51,694 nucleotides of DNA from Bacteroides uniformis (GCA_963600815.1 CAVCCX010000007.1:1-51694); one strand, 5' to 3'. Shown: positions 9,477 to 18,749, counted from the first letter of the stretch. A program made the numbers and translations. Notes: generated by a model from the letters alone, not told the origin.

Positions 9477-10370
9477 TCAGTGGCTTTTGATGATCGATAG
9501 ATCTTTCTCGAGCTGTTCCTTAAGGGAAGAAAGCGAATCGAATTTCCTTTGTGGCCTCAGATAGGAGACAAAGGAAATCTTGATTTTTTGGTCATAGAGG
9601 TCGCCATCAAAAGAAAGAAGATGTGTTTCCACGATATCCTGCTCAAGAGGCGAGACAGTCGGATGATTTCCGATATTCGTCATGCTTTTATATTCTTTTC
9701 CCTGATAGATTGTCCTTGTCTCATAGACGCCATTCGGCAGCTTCAGCTTATCGATGGGATAAGGAGTATTGGCGGTTGGGAAATCAATCTTTCTTCCGTT
9801 TTTCAGTCCATGGATGACCCTTCCTTCCAGAAAGAAGGAATAGCCAAGTTCTTTGGCTGCTTTTTCAAAATCCAGATTCCTCAGATCCTGCTTGATCAGG
9901 GAAGAAGAAACCTTCCTTCCATCCTGATAGAATAAATCGACAATCCGGACGTCCTTGTCCTTTAAGGAAAGAAGGTCACTTGCTTTTCCTTCGGCTTTTT
10001 TGGCAAATGTGAAATCTTTTCCAACCACGATCATCTTCAAAGAAGGAATGGAAAGAAAAGAAAGGAATTCATCGATACAACAGGAAACCATCCTTTCATC
10101 GAATGGAAGAATGTATTCCGTCTCGATTCCAAAAGAAGAAAGCATCTCCTCTTTTTCTTCCTCTGAAAGAAGAAGTTCTTCCTTCTGATGGAAGAGTCTG
10201 CTTTTGAAGTCTGTGGAGAACGTCAAGACACAGGGTGGATACTTTGCGGTCTTCAGCATATCAAGAAGAAGACGGTGTCCTATATGAAGCCCGTCAAAAA
10301 AACCGATGGCAAGAGAAAAGTCATCTTTCCTCTGTATGCCTTTTTCGAAATCCAGAATAACCTTATTCAT
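9477..10370 (-). CDS. ribF: bifunctional riboflavin kinase / FMN adenylyltransferase
   Basis: 297 aa. N-terminal FDGLHIGH nucleotidyltransferase motif and C-terminal riboflavin kinase motifs (GRKIDFPTAN, NIGNHPT). Confidence 0.9.
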   Translation of the reverse strand: MNKVILDFEKGIQRKDDFSLAIGFFDGLHIGHRLLLDMLKTAKYPPCVLTFSTDFKSRLFHQKEELLLSEEEKEEMLSSFGIETEYILPFDERMVSCCIDEFLSFLSIPSLKMIVVGKDFTFAKKAEGKASDLLSLKDKDVRIVDLFYQDGRKVSSSLIKQDLRNLDFEKAAKELGYSFFLEGRVIHGLKNGRKIDFPTANTPYPIDKLKLPNGVYETRTIYQGKEYKSMTNIGNHPTVSPLEQDIVETHLLSFDGDLYDQKIKISFVSYLRPQRKFDSLSSLKEQLEKDLSIIKSH

Positions 10371-11223
10371 GTCTCATTCCCTTATAGCAGTGATAGACGT
10401 TTCCAATCCGCCTGTAGATGGCAAGGAGTTCATCTTCCTTCATCATGAAAAGATATTCATCCTCATAGGGAAGATGAAGGCTTTGTCCATTTCGAATGCG
10501 GAAAGCAAGCGTCTCATCGCATTCGACTTTCTTGATGTTCTCATGGAAATAGGTGATGGGGAAAAGATTCTCAATCGTCGCCTCTTTTACCTTGACAGCA
10601 CCATCCAATCCGAATGGTCCGATTTTTGTTCTTCTCAGCTGGGTCAGATAGCCGATTGTCCCTAAGCGTTCAGCGATGTCTTTTCCAAGCACGCGGATAT
10701 AGGTTCCCTTGGAAACCTTTGTCTGAAAGACAATCTCATTCTTTTCTTCATCATAGGAGAGAAGATTGAGTTCATAGATGGTGATTTTCTGGCTGTCCAG
10801 AACGACTTTGCTTCCTTCCCTGGCCAGATGATAGGCTTTTGTTCCTTTGTAGTGCTTTGCACTATAAAGAGGTGGAATCTGTTCCTGTTCACCGATGAAA
10901 GAAGAAAGAACCATCCTGATTTCATCAATGGAATATTTTTTTACATCAATCTGCTTTTCGATCTCGGTTTCCGTATCTAGGGAAGGTGTTGTCATACCAA
11001 GCTGCAGGGTAGCGATATATTCCTTCTCCCCATCGGGAAAAAGAGGATTGAGTTTGCAGGCCTCATTGACGGAAATCAAAAGAAGACCGGTCGCAAAAGG
11101 ATCGAGTGTTCCAAGATGCCCGGCCTTATTGACGCCAAGTCTTCTTTTGATGATGCGATCGACATCGCTGGAGGTATAATCCTTCTCCTTGTCGACTTTG
11201 ATAAATCCTGAAATCATATTCAT
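10363..11223 (-). CDS. truB: tRNA pseudouridine(55) synthase TruB
   Basis: GHLGTLDPFATGLL catalytic motif. Start set at ATG 11223, which forms an ATGA overlap with the nth stop. Confidence 0.9.
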   Translation of the reverse strand: MNMISGFIKVDKEKDYTSSDVDRIIKRRLGVNKAGHLGTLDPFATGLLLISVNEACKLNPLFPDGEKEYIATLQLGMTTPSLDTETEIEKQIDVKKYSIDEIRMVLSSFIGEQEQIPPLYSAKHYKGTKAYHLAREGSKVVLDSQKITIYELNLLSYDEEKNEIVFQTKVSKGTYIRVLGKDIAERLGTIGYLTQLRRTKIGPFGLDGAVKVKEATIENLFPITYFHENIKKVECDETLAFRIRNGQSLHLPYEDEYLFMMKEDELLAIYRRIGNVYHCYKGMRHE

Positions 11224-11852
11224 TTTCTTTTCATTTCTGTGCATAGTTCTTTTAAGGGACAGGTCTCACAGGACGGGTTCATCGCCTTGCAGATATTCCG
11301 TCCAAAAAGGATGAACTGTCGATGGAGGACGATGTATTCAGAACCACGGAAGACTCTTTCCAGAACCTTTTCGGTCTCCTCGGGTGTTTCCTTTTTTATC
11401 AGTCCGAGCCGCTTGCTGACTCTCTGGACATGGGTATCCACCGGGAAGAAATCCTGTATTCCCAGTTCAGCAAGGACAACCCCGCTCGTCTTATAGCCAA
11501 CACCGGGAAACTTCATCAGTTCCTTTCTTTCATGAGGAAGAATTCCCTTATATTCTTCTTTGAGCATCTTTGCTGTCGATAATATATATTCCGTCTTTGA
11601 TTTGGCCAGTCCGATTCTTTTGATGATGGAATAGATTCTTTCCTTCTTTTCTATGACATAATCATCCAAGGAAGGAAATTCCCTGAAGAGAAGGGATGTT
11701 GCCTCATTCACGCTTTTATCCGTCGCCTGGGCAGAGAGAATCACGGCAAAAAGAAGTTCGTAGTCCTTTGTATAATGAAGAAAAGTCTCCGTATGGGGAT
11801 ATTCCCTTTTCAGGACTCCCTTGATCATCTCGGCTTTCTTATTTATCGCCAT
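11220..11852 (-). CDS. nth: endonuclease III
   Basis: 210 aa. HhH-GPD region (FPGVGYKTSGVVL) and a C-terminal 4Fe-4S cluster loop (CKAMNPSCETCPLKELC). Confidence 0.9.
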   Translation of the reverse strand: MAINKKAEMIKGVLKREYPHTETFLHYTKDYELLFAVILSAQATDKSVNEATSLLFREFPSLDDYVIEKKERIYSIIKRIGLAKSKTEYILSTAKMLKEEYKGILPHERKELMKFPGVGYKTSGVVLAELGIQDFFPVDTHVQRVSKRLGLIKKETPEETEKVLERVFRGSEYIVLHRQFILFGRNICKAMNPSCETCPLKELCTEMKRK

Positions 11853-12492
11853 GATAGGTCCAATCGGTGTGGGTGAAGATATCGCGAAGCTCTTCCCGGC
11901 TCTTGGTCTCTTCGTTGACTAGGGAAGCACCGATATTCTTTCTTGTTTCGCTTCTTTGCATCTCCAGGATGAGTTTGTCGGCATTGCGGAAGGAAAGATT
12001 TCCGCTCTTGGTGATAGACTTCTTGAGGGCTTCCTTGACCATGCCTTCATCGGCTCCGGATTTCAGCCAACTTGTGATCTGGTCTCTTTCAAGGGGAGTA
12101 AGGCATCTTCCGGCGATGGCTTCGGCTTCCTGGAAGAGATTATCTGAGACATTATAGGCATGTCCGTAATTCGATGTCTTCAAAGAGAGGTCCTTGATGG
12201 CATCCTCAAAAAGGCGTTTCTTGAATTCATCCAAGGAGGTATAGAATGTCGTTCCTTCCGAATGGATGGTCAATATCTTCTTGGCCATCAAATCGGATAA
12301 GGAGGTATCCAAAGCATCCTTATTGACCATGTAGGGAGAGAGAACATCCTTGGTGATCAAAATCTTCTCTTCGATATGAAGAATGCAGTCAGAGACAAAA
12401 ATGACCATGCAGTCTTCCTCGTTGAGATTGTAGTTTTTATATTTTTTGATCAGAATCGATTTCCAATCGAAATCATAGGCGTTTAGATCCAT
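11839..12492 (-). CDS. dnaD: DnaD-family replication initiation / helicase-loading protein
   Basis: 217 aa. C-terminal DnaB_2-type motif LTPLERDQITSWL...EGMVKEAL. Shows the dnaD-nth adjacency known from Bacillus subtilis. Confidence 0.7.
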   Translation of the reverse strand: MDLNAYDFDWKSILIKKYKNYNLNEEDCMVIFVSDCILHIEEKILITKDVLSPYMVNKDALDTSLSDLMAKKILTIHSEGTTFYTSLDEFKKRLFEDAIKDLSLKTSNYGHAYNVSDNLFQEAEAIAGRCLTPLERDQITSWLKSGADEGMVKEALKKSITKSGNLSFRNADKLILEMQRSETRKNIGASLVNEETKSREELRDIFTHTDWTYHGDK

Positions 12493-12516
12493 TTGTCATT
12501 ACCTCCACAAGAAAGA

Positions 12517-13194
12517 TTATATATCAAAATAGGGAAAATAAAATTCTTTCAGCATTTCTTTTTGGTAGACCTTGTCCACCTTGCTGATTTCCTCTCTCAC
12601 TTTCTGTGGATTGAGATAGGAAATGAGTTCCTTCGATTCCTCAATGGCCTTGGCTGTCTCTTTTTCAAGAGAAAAACCAAGTTCATAAAAGAAACGATAG
12701 GCTCTTAAGATTCTTAAGGGATCTTCAGAGAGCCTTTTCTTCTTTTCACCGATCAGGCGGATTGTCTTTTTCCTTATATCCTCAAGTCCTTGGTTCAACG
12801 GGTCGAGGATCTCAAGAGAGGAAGGAACATAAAGGGCATTGATGGTGAAATCACGGCGAAGGCAGTCTTCTTGGATGGAAGAGACAAATTCGACACTCGA
12901 TGGATGGCGATGATCAAGATAGTCCTTCTCTTTCCGCATCCTTGCCAGAGTGACATGGACGCCTTCTTTCTTATAGGAAATCGTCTGAAATTTCTTATAG
13001 ATGAGAGCATTCTCAAAAAGAGATTCCACAAGGGAAAAATCAGACGTGCGAAAAGCGATATCAAGATCGAGGCTTTCTCTTCCAAGAAAAGAGTCGCGGA
13101 CAAATCCCCCGACCAGAAAGACGTTGTCCTTTCCCAATTTCGATTGGACATCCAGAAAAAGAGATGAGCAGGGTTCAGATAGATTCAGTTTCAT
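12517..13194 (-). CDS. short class-II nucleotidyltransferase (CCA-adding / poly(A) polymerase family), head and neck regions only
   Basis: 225 aa with LVGGFVRDSFLG, DLDIA, RRDFTINA and EDPLRILRAYRF. There is no body/tail region and no SD before the ATG. Confidence 0.7.
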   Translation of the reverse strand: MKLNLSEPCSSLFLDVQSKLGKDNVFLVGGFVRDSFLGRESLDLDIAFRTSDFSLVESLFENALIYKKFQTISYKKEGVHVTLARMRKEKDYLDHRHPSSVEFVSSIQEDCLRRDFTINALYVPSSLEILDPLNQGLEDIRKKTIRLIGEKKKRLSEDPLRILRAYRFFYELGFSLEKETAKAIEESKELISYLNPQKVREEISKVDKVYQKEMLKEFYFPYFDI

Positions 13195-13195
13195 A

Positions 13196-13217
13196 TAAAA
13201 AGCCGTCAGATGACGGC
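13196..13217 (-). terminator. hup terminator
   Basis: Minus strand reads GCCGTC, loop ATCT, GACGGC, then TTTTTAT. It lies 10 nt after the hup stop and abuts the ATG at 13194. Confidence 0.65.
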
Positions 13218-13226
13218 ATAAAAGTC

Positions 13227-13535
13227 TTACTTGGATTCGTTGACAAGATCCTTGAGTGTCTTGGAAGGCTTGAATTTGACGGACTTGCTTGCCGGAATCT
13301 CAATCTTCTCGGAGACATTGGAAGGATTGACTCCGGTGCGGGCCGGACGTTCCACCAAGGAGAACTGACCAAAGCCAGCAATCTTGACGCTGCCGTATTC
13401 AGGATCGATCAATCCCTGAGCAATGCAGGCAAAGATGATTTCGATTGCGTTCTGGGCATCGCCCTTCTTCATTCTTCCCATCGTGGCCAACTGTTCAGCC
13501 AAATCTTCTTTTGTGATTAATTTCTTTTCTTCCAT
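13227..13535 (-). CDS. hup: HU-family DNA-binding protein
   Basis: 102 aa with GFGQFSLVERPARTGVNP and the KFKPSK arm motif. About 10 extra residues at the N-terminus. Confidence 0.9.
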   Translation of the reverse strand: MEEKKLITKEDLAEQLATMGRMKKGDAQNAIEIIFACIAQGLIDPEYGSVKIAGFGQFSLVERPARTGVNPSNVSEKIEIPASKSVKFKPSKTLKDLVNESK

Positions 13536-13613
13536 AATTCATACACCTTTCTTAAAAAAAAGATAACACATCTTTATAGAAATTTCAATTTATTTCGTAA
13601 TTATGGGGATTTT

Positions 13614-14606
13614 TTACATTTCCGATTTCAGTTCGCGGGCCATTGTCATGCTTAGACAGGCCGATGGTTTTTCATACTGATAGCAGACTTTGTAGACCGC
13701 CGAGACAATCGGCATATCCAGATGATGGCGAAGAGCATATTCATAGGCAATCTTTGCTGTATTGATTCCTTCGACCGTCTTCTTATTTTCTTCCATCATC
13801 TTTTTGGCATCGTCCATCTTTCCAAGGGCATAGCCAAAGGAGAAATTTCGGCTTTGCATGCTCGAACAGGTCAAGAGGAGATCCCCGATGCCGGTGAGGC
13901 CATAGAACGTTTGTTCATTTCCACCCATGGAAAGGCCGAAACGGACCATTTCCTTGAGCCCACGGGTGACGAGTCCCGCCTTGGCATTCTCGCCCTCTCC
14001 AAGGCCATATATGGCTCCTGAGGCGATGGCGATGACATTCTTCAGGGCCGCTGCACACTGGCTGGAGATTTCATCCTGATTCGTATAGATGCGGAAGGTC
14101 GGGGTCGAGAAGAGAACCTGTGCCTTTTTAGCCGCCTCAAGATTCTTCGAAACCGCACAGATGGTCGTCACCTTATCGAGTATGACTTCATCTGCGAAAC
14201 TCGGTCCGATCAAAGAGACGACGCCTGTCACCTTCTTCTGATCGAGTTCTTCCTTCAAGACATTGCCTAATGGCTCCAAGGTCAAGGGATCAAATCCCTT
14301 GGCCGCCGAGAGAATCAGGACATGCTCCTTAAGGAATGGATTGACCTTCTTTGCCATCTCGCGATAGGCAACAGAAGGGATGCAGAAGAGAACGACGTCG
14401 GCATTCGTGACACATTCTTCCAGAGAAAGGGTGAAATGGATTTTTTCACTCAGCACGATCGAAGGGAAATATTTCCGGTTGATATGTTTTTCCTCATCAA
14501 AAGAGGTTGCATCACGGCAGAACATCTCAATCCGATGATCATGATAGGAGAAGACATGTGCCAGGGCCGTTGCCCAGGCTCCGTTTCCGAGTATGGCGAT
14601 TTTCAT
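13614..14606 (-). CDS. gpsA: NAD(P)H-dependent glycerol-3-phosphate dehydrogenase
   Basis: 330 aa. N-terminal Rossmann motif MKIAILGNGAWATALA. Sits in der-gpsA synteny. Confidence 0.9.
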   Translation of the reverse strand: MKIAILGNGAWATALAHVFSYHDHRIEMFCRDATSFDEEKHINRKYFPSIVLSEKIHFTLSLEECVTNADVVLFCIPSVAYREMAKKVNPFLKEHVLILSAAKGFDPLTLEPLGNVLKEELDQKKVTGVVSLIGPSFADEVILDKVTTICAVSKNLEAAKKAQVLFSTPTFRIYTNQDEISSQCAAALKNVIAIASGAIYGLGEGENAKAGLVTRGLKEMVRFGLSMGGNEQTFYGLTGIGDLLLTCSSMQSRNFSFGYALGKMDDAKKMMEENKKTVEGINTAKIAYEYALRHHLDMPIVSAVYKVCYQYEKPSACLSMTMARELKSEM

Positions 14607-14607
14607 T

Positions 14608-15939
14608 TTATTTGTTTTTCAGGATGTCATCTCTCTTGCCACGGATCAAGAGCTTGATTGGGCAATTGGTGAAGCCAAACTGGCTGCGGATGACATTTTC
14701 CAGATATCTCTGATAGGAGAAGTGGAAGTAGTTCGGATTATTGCAGAAGAGAATGAAGGTCGGCGGAACATCCTTCGACTGGGTGCAATAGGAGATCTTG
14801 AGTCTTCCGCCATTGAAATCCGGTGCCTCATTGTCCATCTGGGCCTTGAGGATGATCGAATTGAGAAGACTCGAAGGAATCGTCTTATGCATCGTCTCAT
14901 AGACTTCGTTCATCGTCTGGAAGATGCGCTGGATATTGTTTCCCGTGAGAGCGGAGACAAAGACGACCGGCGAATAGTCGAGGAACTTGAAATACGTCTT
15001 CAATTCCTTGCTGAAGCGTCTTTGGGCATCCTGGGTATGTTCGACCAAGTCCCACTTGTTGACGATGATGATGACCGGCTTATTGTTCTCAATGGCATAG
15101 CTCGAGACATGGATATCCTGCGAGACCAGTCCTTCGCTTGCATCGACCAAAAGAAGGATGATATCCGCTCTCTTGGCGGCGTCGGCTGAACGGATGACGG
15201 CATATTTGTCGAGATCCTCTTCGACCTTTCCCGGACGCTTAATGCCGGCGGTATCGATCATGACATATTTTTTTCCTTCTCTTTCGAACTGGATATCGAC
15301 GGAATCACGCGTCGTTCCGCTCTGGGGAGAGGTGATGACTCTGTTCTTTCCGATGATCTTGTTCGCAAGGGAGGATTTTCCGACATTCGGTCTTCCTAAA
15401 AGGGCAAAGGTCAGACTGTCGGCATATTTATTCATATCCACCTTGGGAAGCTTGGCTATGACATCATCGAGAAGATCGCCAAGTCCGATACCGTGTTCGG
15501 CAGAAATGGCATAGGGTTCGCCAAAGCCGAGCTGATAGAATTCATAGGCATTTCCAATCAGAGTGTTGTCATCGATCTTGTTGACGACAAGGAGAACCTT
15601 CTTTCGATAGGAGAAAAGCTTCTTGGCGACAAAGAGATCGTTGTTGGTCACGCCGGCTCTTCCATCGACCACGAAAAGGATCAGATCCGCTTCCTGGCAT
15701 CCCAATTCGACCTGGGACTGGACTTCCTTCTGGAAGGGGATGTTCTCGCCGGTGACACCGCCGGTATCGATGAGGGTGAATTCCTTATCGAGCCAGTGTC
15801 CGGTTCCGTAGTTGCGGTCACGGGTGATGCCGAATTCCTTGCCGGTGATTTCCTGGCGGGAATCGGATAGACGATTGAATAAAGTGGATTTTCCGCTCGA
15901 AGGCGATCCAACTAATGCGACTGTACCAAGTGTTTCCAT
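14608..15939 (-). CDS. der: ribosome-associated GTPase Der/EngA
   Basis: Two G domains (GSPSSGKST / DTGG / NKID and GRPNVGKSS / DTAG / NKWD) plus a KH-like C-terminus. Confidence 0.95.
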   Translation of the reverse strand: METLGTVALVGSPSSGKSTLFNRLSDSRQEITGKEFGITRDRNYGTGHWLDKEFTLIDTGGVTGENIPFQKEVQSQVELGCQEADLILFVVDGRAGVTNNDLFVAKKLFSYRKKVLLVVNKIDDNTLIGNAYEFYQLGFGEPYAISAEHGIGLGDLLDDVIAKLPKVDMNKYADSLTFALLGRPNVGKSSLANKIIGKNRVITSPQSGTTRDSVDIQFEREGKKYVMIDTAGIKRPGKVEEDLDKYAVIRSADAAKRADIILLLVDASEGLVSQDIHVSSYAIENNKPVIIIVNKWDLVEHTQDAQRRFSKELKTYFKFLDYSPVVFVSALTGNNIQRIFQTMNEVYETMHKTIPSSLLNSIILKAQMDNEAPDFNGGRLKISYCTQSKDVPPTFILFCNNPNYFHFSYQRYLENVIRSQFGFTNCPIKLLIRGKRDDILKNK

Positions 15940-16610
15940 TCTTCTTCACCTATTCTCTTTCTGAAAAGTTCGATGATGGCACTGACTTCTTCCTCGATCG
16001 TGAGATCGGAGGTATCCAGTTCGATGGCATCGTCGGCTTTTCTAAGCGGAGAGTTTTCCCTATGGGAATCAATATAGTCTCTCCGTTCGATTTCTTTTTG
16101 TATTTCTTCGACTGTGCTGTTCGAAATTCCTTTTTCGACATTTTCCTTCTGGCGTCGGATGGCTCTCGCCAAAGGAGAGGCCACCTGATAGACCTTCAAT
16201 GTGGCTTTGGGAAGCACGACGGTTCCGATATCTCTTCCATCCATGATGACATTCTCATCCTGAGCGATCTTCTGCTGGAGAAGAACGAGTTTCTCACGGA
16301 CTTCGAGATGCGCGCAGGCATAGGAAACCTGATGGGAGATATCTTCCTTTCTCACACGCTCGGTCACATCCCTTCCATTGAGAAAGACATGGCCAAGTCG
16401 ATCTTCCTTGATATCACATTCCGGAAGAATGGACATCGCATCTTCCCTCGATTGGGTATCCAATCCTTTTTCGAGCATGAGAAGAGTCACCGCCCGATAC
16501 ATGGCTCCCGTATCGACATAGAGGAAATTCAGTTTTTTTGCGATGATTTTGGCTGCCGTGGATTTCCCGCTGGCGGCCGGACCATCAATCGCTATGGAAT
16601 AACATTTCAT
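15912..16610 (-). CDS. cmk: cytidylate kinase
   Basis: 232 aa with IAIDGPAASGKST P-loop, YVDTGAMYR and DGRDIGT motifs. Confidence 0.9.
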   Translation of the reverse strand: MKCYSIAIDGPAASGKSTAAKIIAKKLNFLYVDTGAMYRAVTLLMLEKGLDTQSREDAMSILPECDIKEDRLGHVFLNGRDVTERVRKEDISHQVSYACAHLEVREKLVLLQQKIAQDENVIMDGRDIGTVVLPKATLKVYQVASPLARAIRRQKENVEKGISNSTVEEIQKEIERRDYIDSHRENSPLRKADDAIELDTSDLTIEEEVSAIIELFRKRIGEEEWKHLVQSH

Positions 16611-16611
16611 T

Positions 16612-17001
16612 TTATATAGCCCCCGTAAACAATAACGTCAAGATGAATATCAAAACAAGCAAGACAAAAGGAATGGTGATGAGAAGGATGATTTTTCCTT
16701 GGGTAAAACGTCTCTGATGGGAAAGACGTTCCTTCTTCTTTTCCTGGTAAAGAGATTCCGTCTCCTTCTTCTTGACTTCCTGGTCGTAGGCTTCATTGGC
16801 CTCGAGAAGCTGGTCGATGGACAAAGAGAGGGTGTTCTTCTTCACCGGAGGTTCTTCCTTGACTTCCTTCATGGCTTTGGAAGAGGAGACTTTCGGAAGG
16901 TTTTTGGCGACTTCATCGGTTTCATCAAAAGAGTAGACATCCATGTTGGCTATCTTTTTTCTCAGGCTCTCATATTTGACAACTCGACTTTTGTTTTCCA
17001 T
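16612..17001 (-). CDS. hypothetical tail-anchored membrane protein
   Basis: 129 aa. Charged K/E-rich N-terminal region and a single C-terminal TM (IILLITIPFVLLVLIFILTLLF). Adjoins cmk. No recognisable family. Confidence 0.5.
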   Translation of the reverse strand: MENKSRVVKYESLRKKIANMDVYSFDETDEVAKNLPKVSSSKAMKEVKEEPPVKKNTLSLSIDQLLEANEAYDQEVKKKETESLYQEKKKERLSHQRRFTQGKIILLITIPFVLLVLIFILTLLFTGAI

Positions 17002-17076
17002 AATTCACCTCGTATCCATTATAGTAAAAACACCCTTTTTTTCCTAGAAAAAGAGATGAGAAAACAAAGAAAAGTA

Positions 17077-17105
17077 TTGTAATATTCTCGTGTTTTTCAT
17101 AAAAT
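17077..17105 (+). promoter_or_regulatory. promoter of tRNA-Thr
   Basis: TTGTAA, 17-nt spacer, TAAAAT. It ends 9 nt before the tRNA 5' end. Confidence 0.5.
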
Positions 17106-17114
17106 AGTATGCAT

Positions 17115-17190
17115 GCCGTCATAGCTCAGTTGGTAGAGCATTCGATTCGTAATCGAAAGGTCGTAGGTCCGATTCCTATTGACGGCACCA
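17115..17190 (+). tRNA. tRNA-Thr (anticodon CGU), CCA encoded
   Basis: Manual cloverleaf: acceptor GCCGTCA/TGACGGC, D stem GCTC/GAGC, anticodon stem TTCGA/TCGAA, loop TTCGTAA, T stem GTAGG/CCTAT, then ACCA. 76 nt. Confidence 0.85.
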
Positions 17191-17204
17191 TCCTATGAAA
17201 GTCT

Positions 17205-17233
17205 GTCTGATTGGTTCGAATCAGACTTTTTTT
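17205..17233 (+). terminator. tRNA-Thr terminator
   Basis: GTCTGATT, loop GGTTCG, AATCAGAC (8-bp perfect stem), followed by TTTTTTT. Confidence 0.7.
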
Positions 17234-17282
17234 ATGCCCGAAAAAGAACCATGACAGTTTTTCATTCATGACGAAGATAAGG

Positions 17283-17316
17283 AAAAGAGAGACATTTCTG
17301 CCTCTCTTTTTTCTTA
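17283..17316. terminator. hairpin after rplQ, possibly a bidirectional terminator
   Basis: AGAGAGAC / GCCTCTCT stem with T runs on both strands, 12 nt downstream of the rplQ stop. Confidence 0.45.
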
Positions 17317-17327
17317 TTCGGATGAAA

Positions 17328-17735
17328 TTAGTCAACGAAAGCCAAGATGGCCATCGGAGCATTGTCACCGCGACGATTGTAGGTCTTCAGGACTCTGGTG
17401 TATCCACCATTTCTTTCCTTGTATTTCGGACCATAGACGTCGAAGAGCTTCTGTAAAGCGTTCTTGCCCGTCTTTGGATCGATGAAACCCTGTTCGCGGA
17501 CAAATCTTGCAGCCAAACGGCGAGCAGCGAGATCACCCTGCTTTGCATAGGTGACCAAGCGTTCAGCTTCCTGGCTGGCACGCTTTGCAACCGTGAGCGT
17601 GACTTCAATCTGACCGGAAATGATAAGCTGAGAAACGACGTTTCTGAGCATATTCTTTTCTTTGTCAGAAGTATAGCCGGCCTTGAAGCGGACACCGCCC
17701 TTGCCGTGTACATTTCTTCTACCAATAGTACCCAT
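17328..17735 (-). CDS. rplQ: 50S ribosomal protein L17 with about 18 aa N-terminal extension
   Basis: 135 aa. L17 core begins at GYTSDKEKNMLRNVVSQL. AGAGAGG lies 9 nt before the ATG. Confidence 0.9.
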   Translation of the reverse strand: MGTIGRRNVHGKGGVRFKAGYTSDKEKNMLRNVVSQLIISGQIEVTLTVAKRASQEAERLVTYAKQGDLAARRLAARFVREQGFIDPKTGKNALQKLFDVYGPKYKERNGGYTRVLKTYNRRGDNAPMAILAFVD

Positions 17736-17751
17736 AGTAGTTTACCTCTCT

Positions 17752-18723
17752 TTACTTCTTGGTGTTGTCGTCATGTTGGAGCGATAAACCGAAGCTGGCC
17801 AATCTTTCCAAGATTTCCTTATAGGATTTCTTGCCCAAGTTGCGGACAGTCATCAGTTCAGATTCCTTCATGTTGCAAAGTTCCTGCACAGTCTTGAGAC
17901 CATTTCTCTTGAGACAGTTGTAAGAACGGACGGAAAGGTCCAGATCCTCAAGTGTCATGGTCGTGAACTGATTCTCAGGTTTTTCTTTGCTGATGGACAT
18001 GACTGTCGCGGTCTTGACAGCCTGGTCAAGGTCTTCGAAGAGCTTGAAGTGCTCATCGAGAATCTTGGCAGCCAAAGCAACGGCGTTGCTGGCTTCCATG
18101 CTACCATCGGTTTCGACTTCGATGATAAGCTTTTCATAGTTGGCATCGTGGCCGACACGGGTCGGTTCCACGATGATGTTTGTCTTCATGATCGGAGAGA
18201 AATTGGAATCGACAGCAATGAGACCCAAAGGCCAGTTGCTGGATTTGTGTTCCTCAGCCGTGACAAATCCACGTCCCTTCTTTGCCAACAGCTTCATGCT
18301 GATATGGCCACCCTTTGCCAAATGGCAGATGACCAGATCCTTATTCACAACGCTGACAAGATCCGGACAGATGATGTCGTTGGCACGGATGACTTTTTCT
18401 TCATCCTTGGCAGTGACATCCAATTTGAGAGTTTTATTCTCTTCGATATCCGAATCATCCTTGAGAACAAGATTTTTGATGTTCAAGACAATCTGTGTCA
18501 AATCTTCGACGACACCCGGAAGTGTGGTGTATTCATGACGGGCACCGGTCACTTCGATGGCGAAGACAGCGACACCAGGCAAAGAGGCGAGAAGAACTCT
18601 TCTCATAGCATTACCGATGGTAATGCCATAACCAGACTCAAGTGGAGTGATGGTGAAGCGGCCAAAATTGGAACGTACATCGTCTTTGTCGATTTGGAAC
18701 TTCGGTTGTTCAAATTCTTTCAT
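17752..18723 (-). CDS. rpoA: DNA-directed RNA polymerase alpha subunit
   Basis: 323 aa. N-terminal domain GYGITIGNAMRRVLLSS-like motif and C-terminal domain LDLSVRSYNCLKRNGL. Confidence 0.95.
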   Translation of the reverse strand: MKEFEQPKFQIDKDDVRSNFGRFTITPLESGYGITIGNAMRRVLLASLPGVAVFAIEVTGARHEYTTLPGVVEDLTQIVLNIKNLVLKDDSDIEENKTLKLDVTAKDEEKVIRANDIICPDLVSVVNKDLVICHLAKGGHISMKLLAKKGRGFVTAEEHKSSNWPLGLIAVDSNFSPIMKTNIIVEPTRVGHDANYEKLIIEVETDGSMEASNAVALAAKILDEHFKLFEDLDQAVKTATVMSISKEKPENQFTTMTLEDLDLSVRSYNCLKRNGLKTVQELCNMKESELMTVRNLGKKSYKEILERLASFGLSLQHDDNTKK

Positions 18724-18749
18724 TCTCTAGCTCTCCTTTCCGCTATTCT

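Noticed and set aside
17126-17368. The 80-aa minus-strand ORF overlapping tRNA-Thr and its terminator.
   Set aside because: It lies antisense to a well-folded tRNA and spans two terminator hairpins. It has no translation signals.
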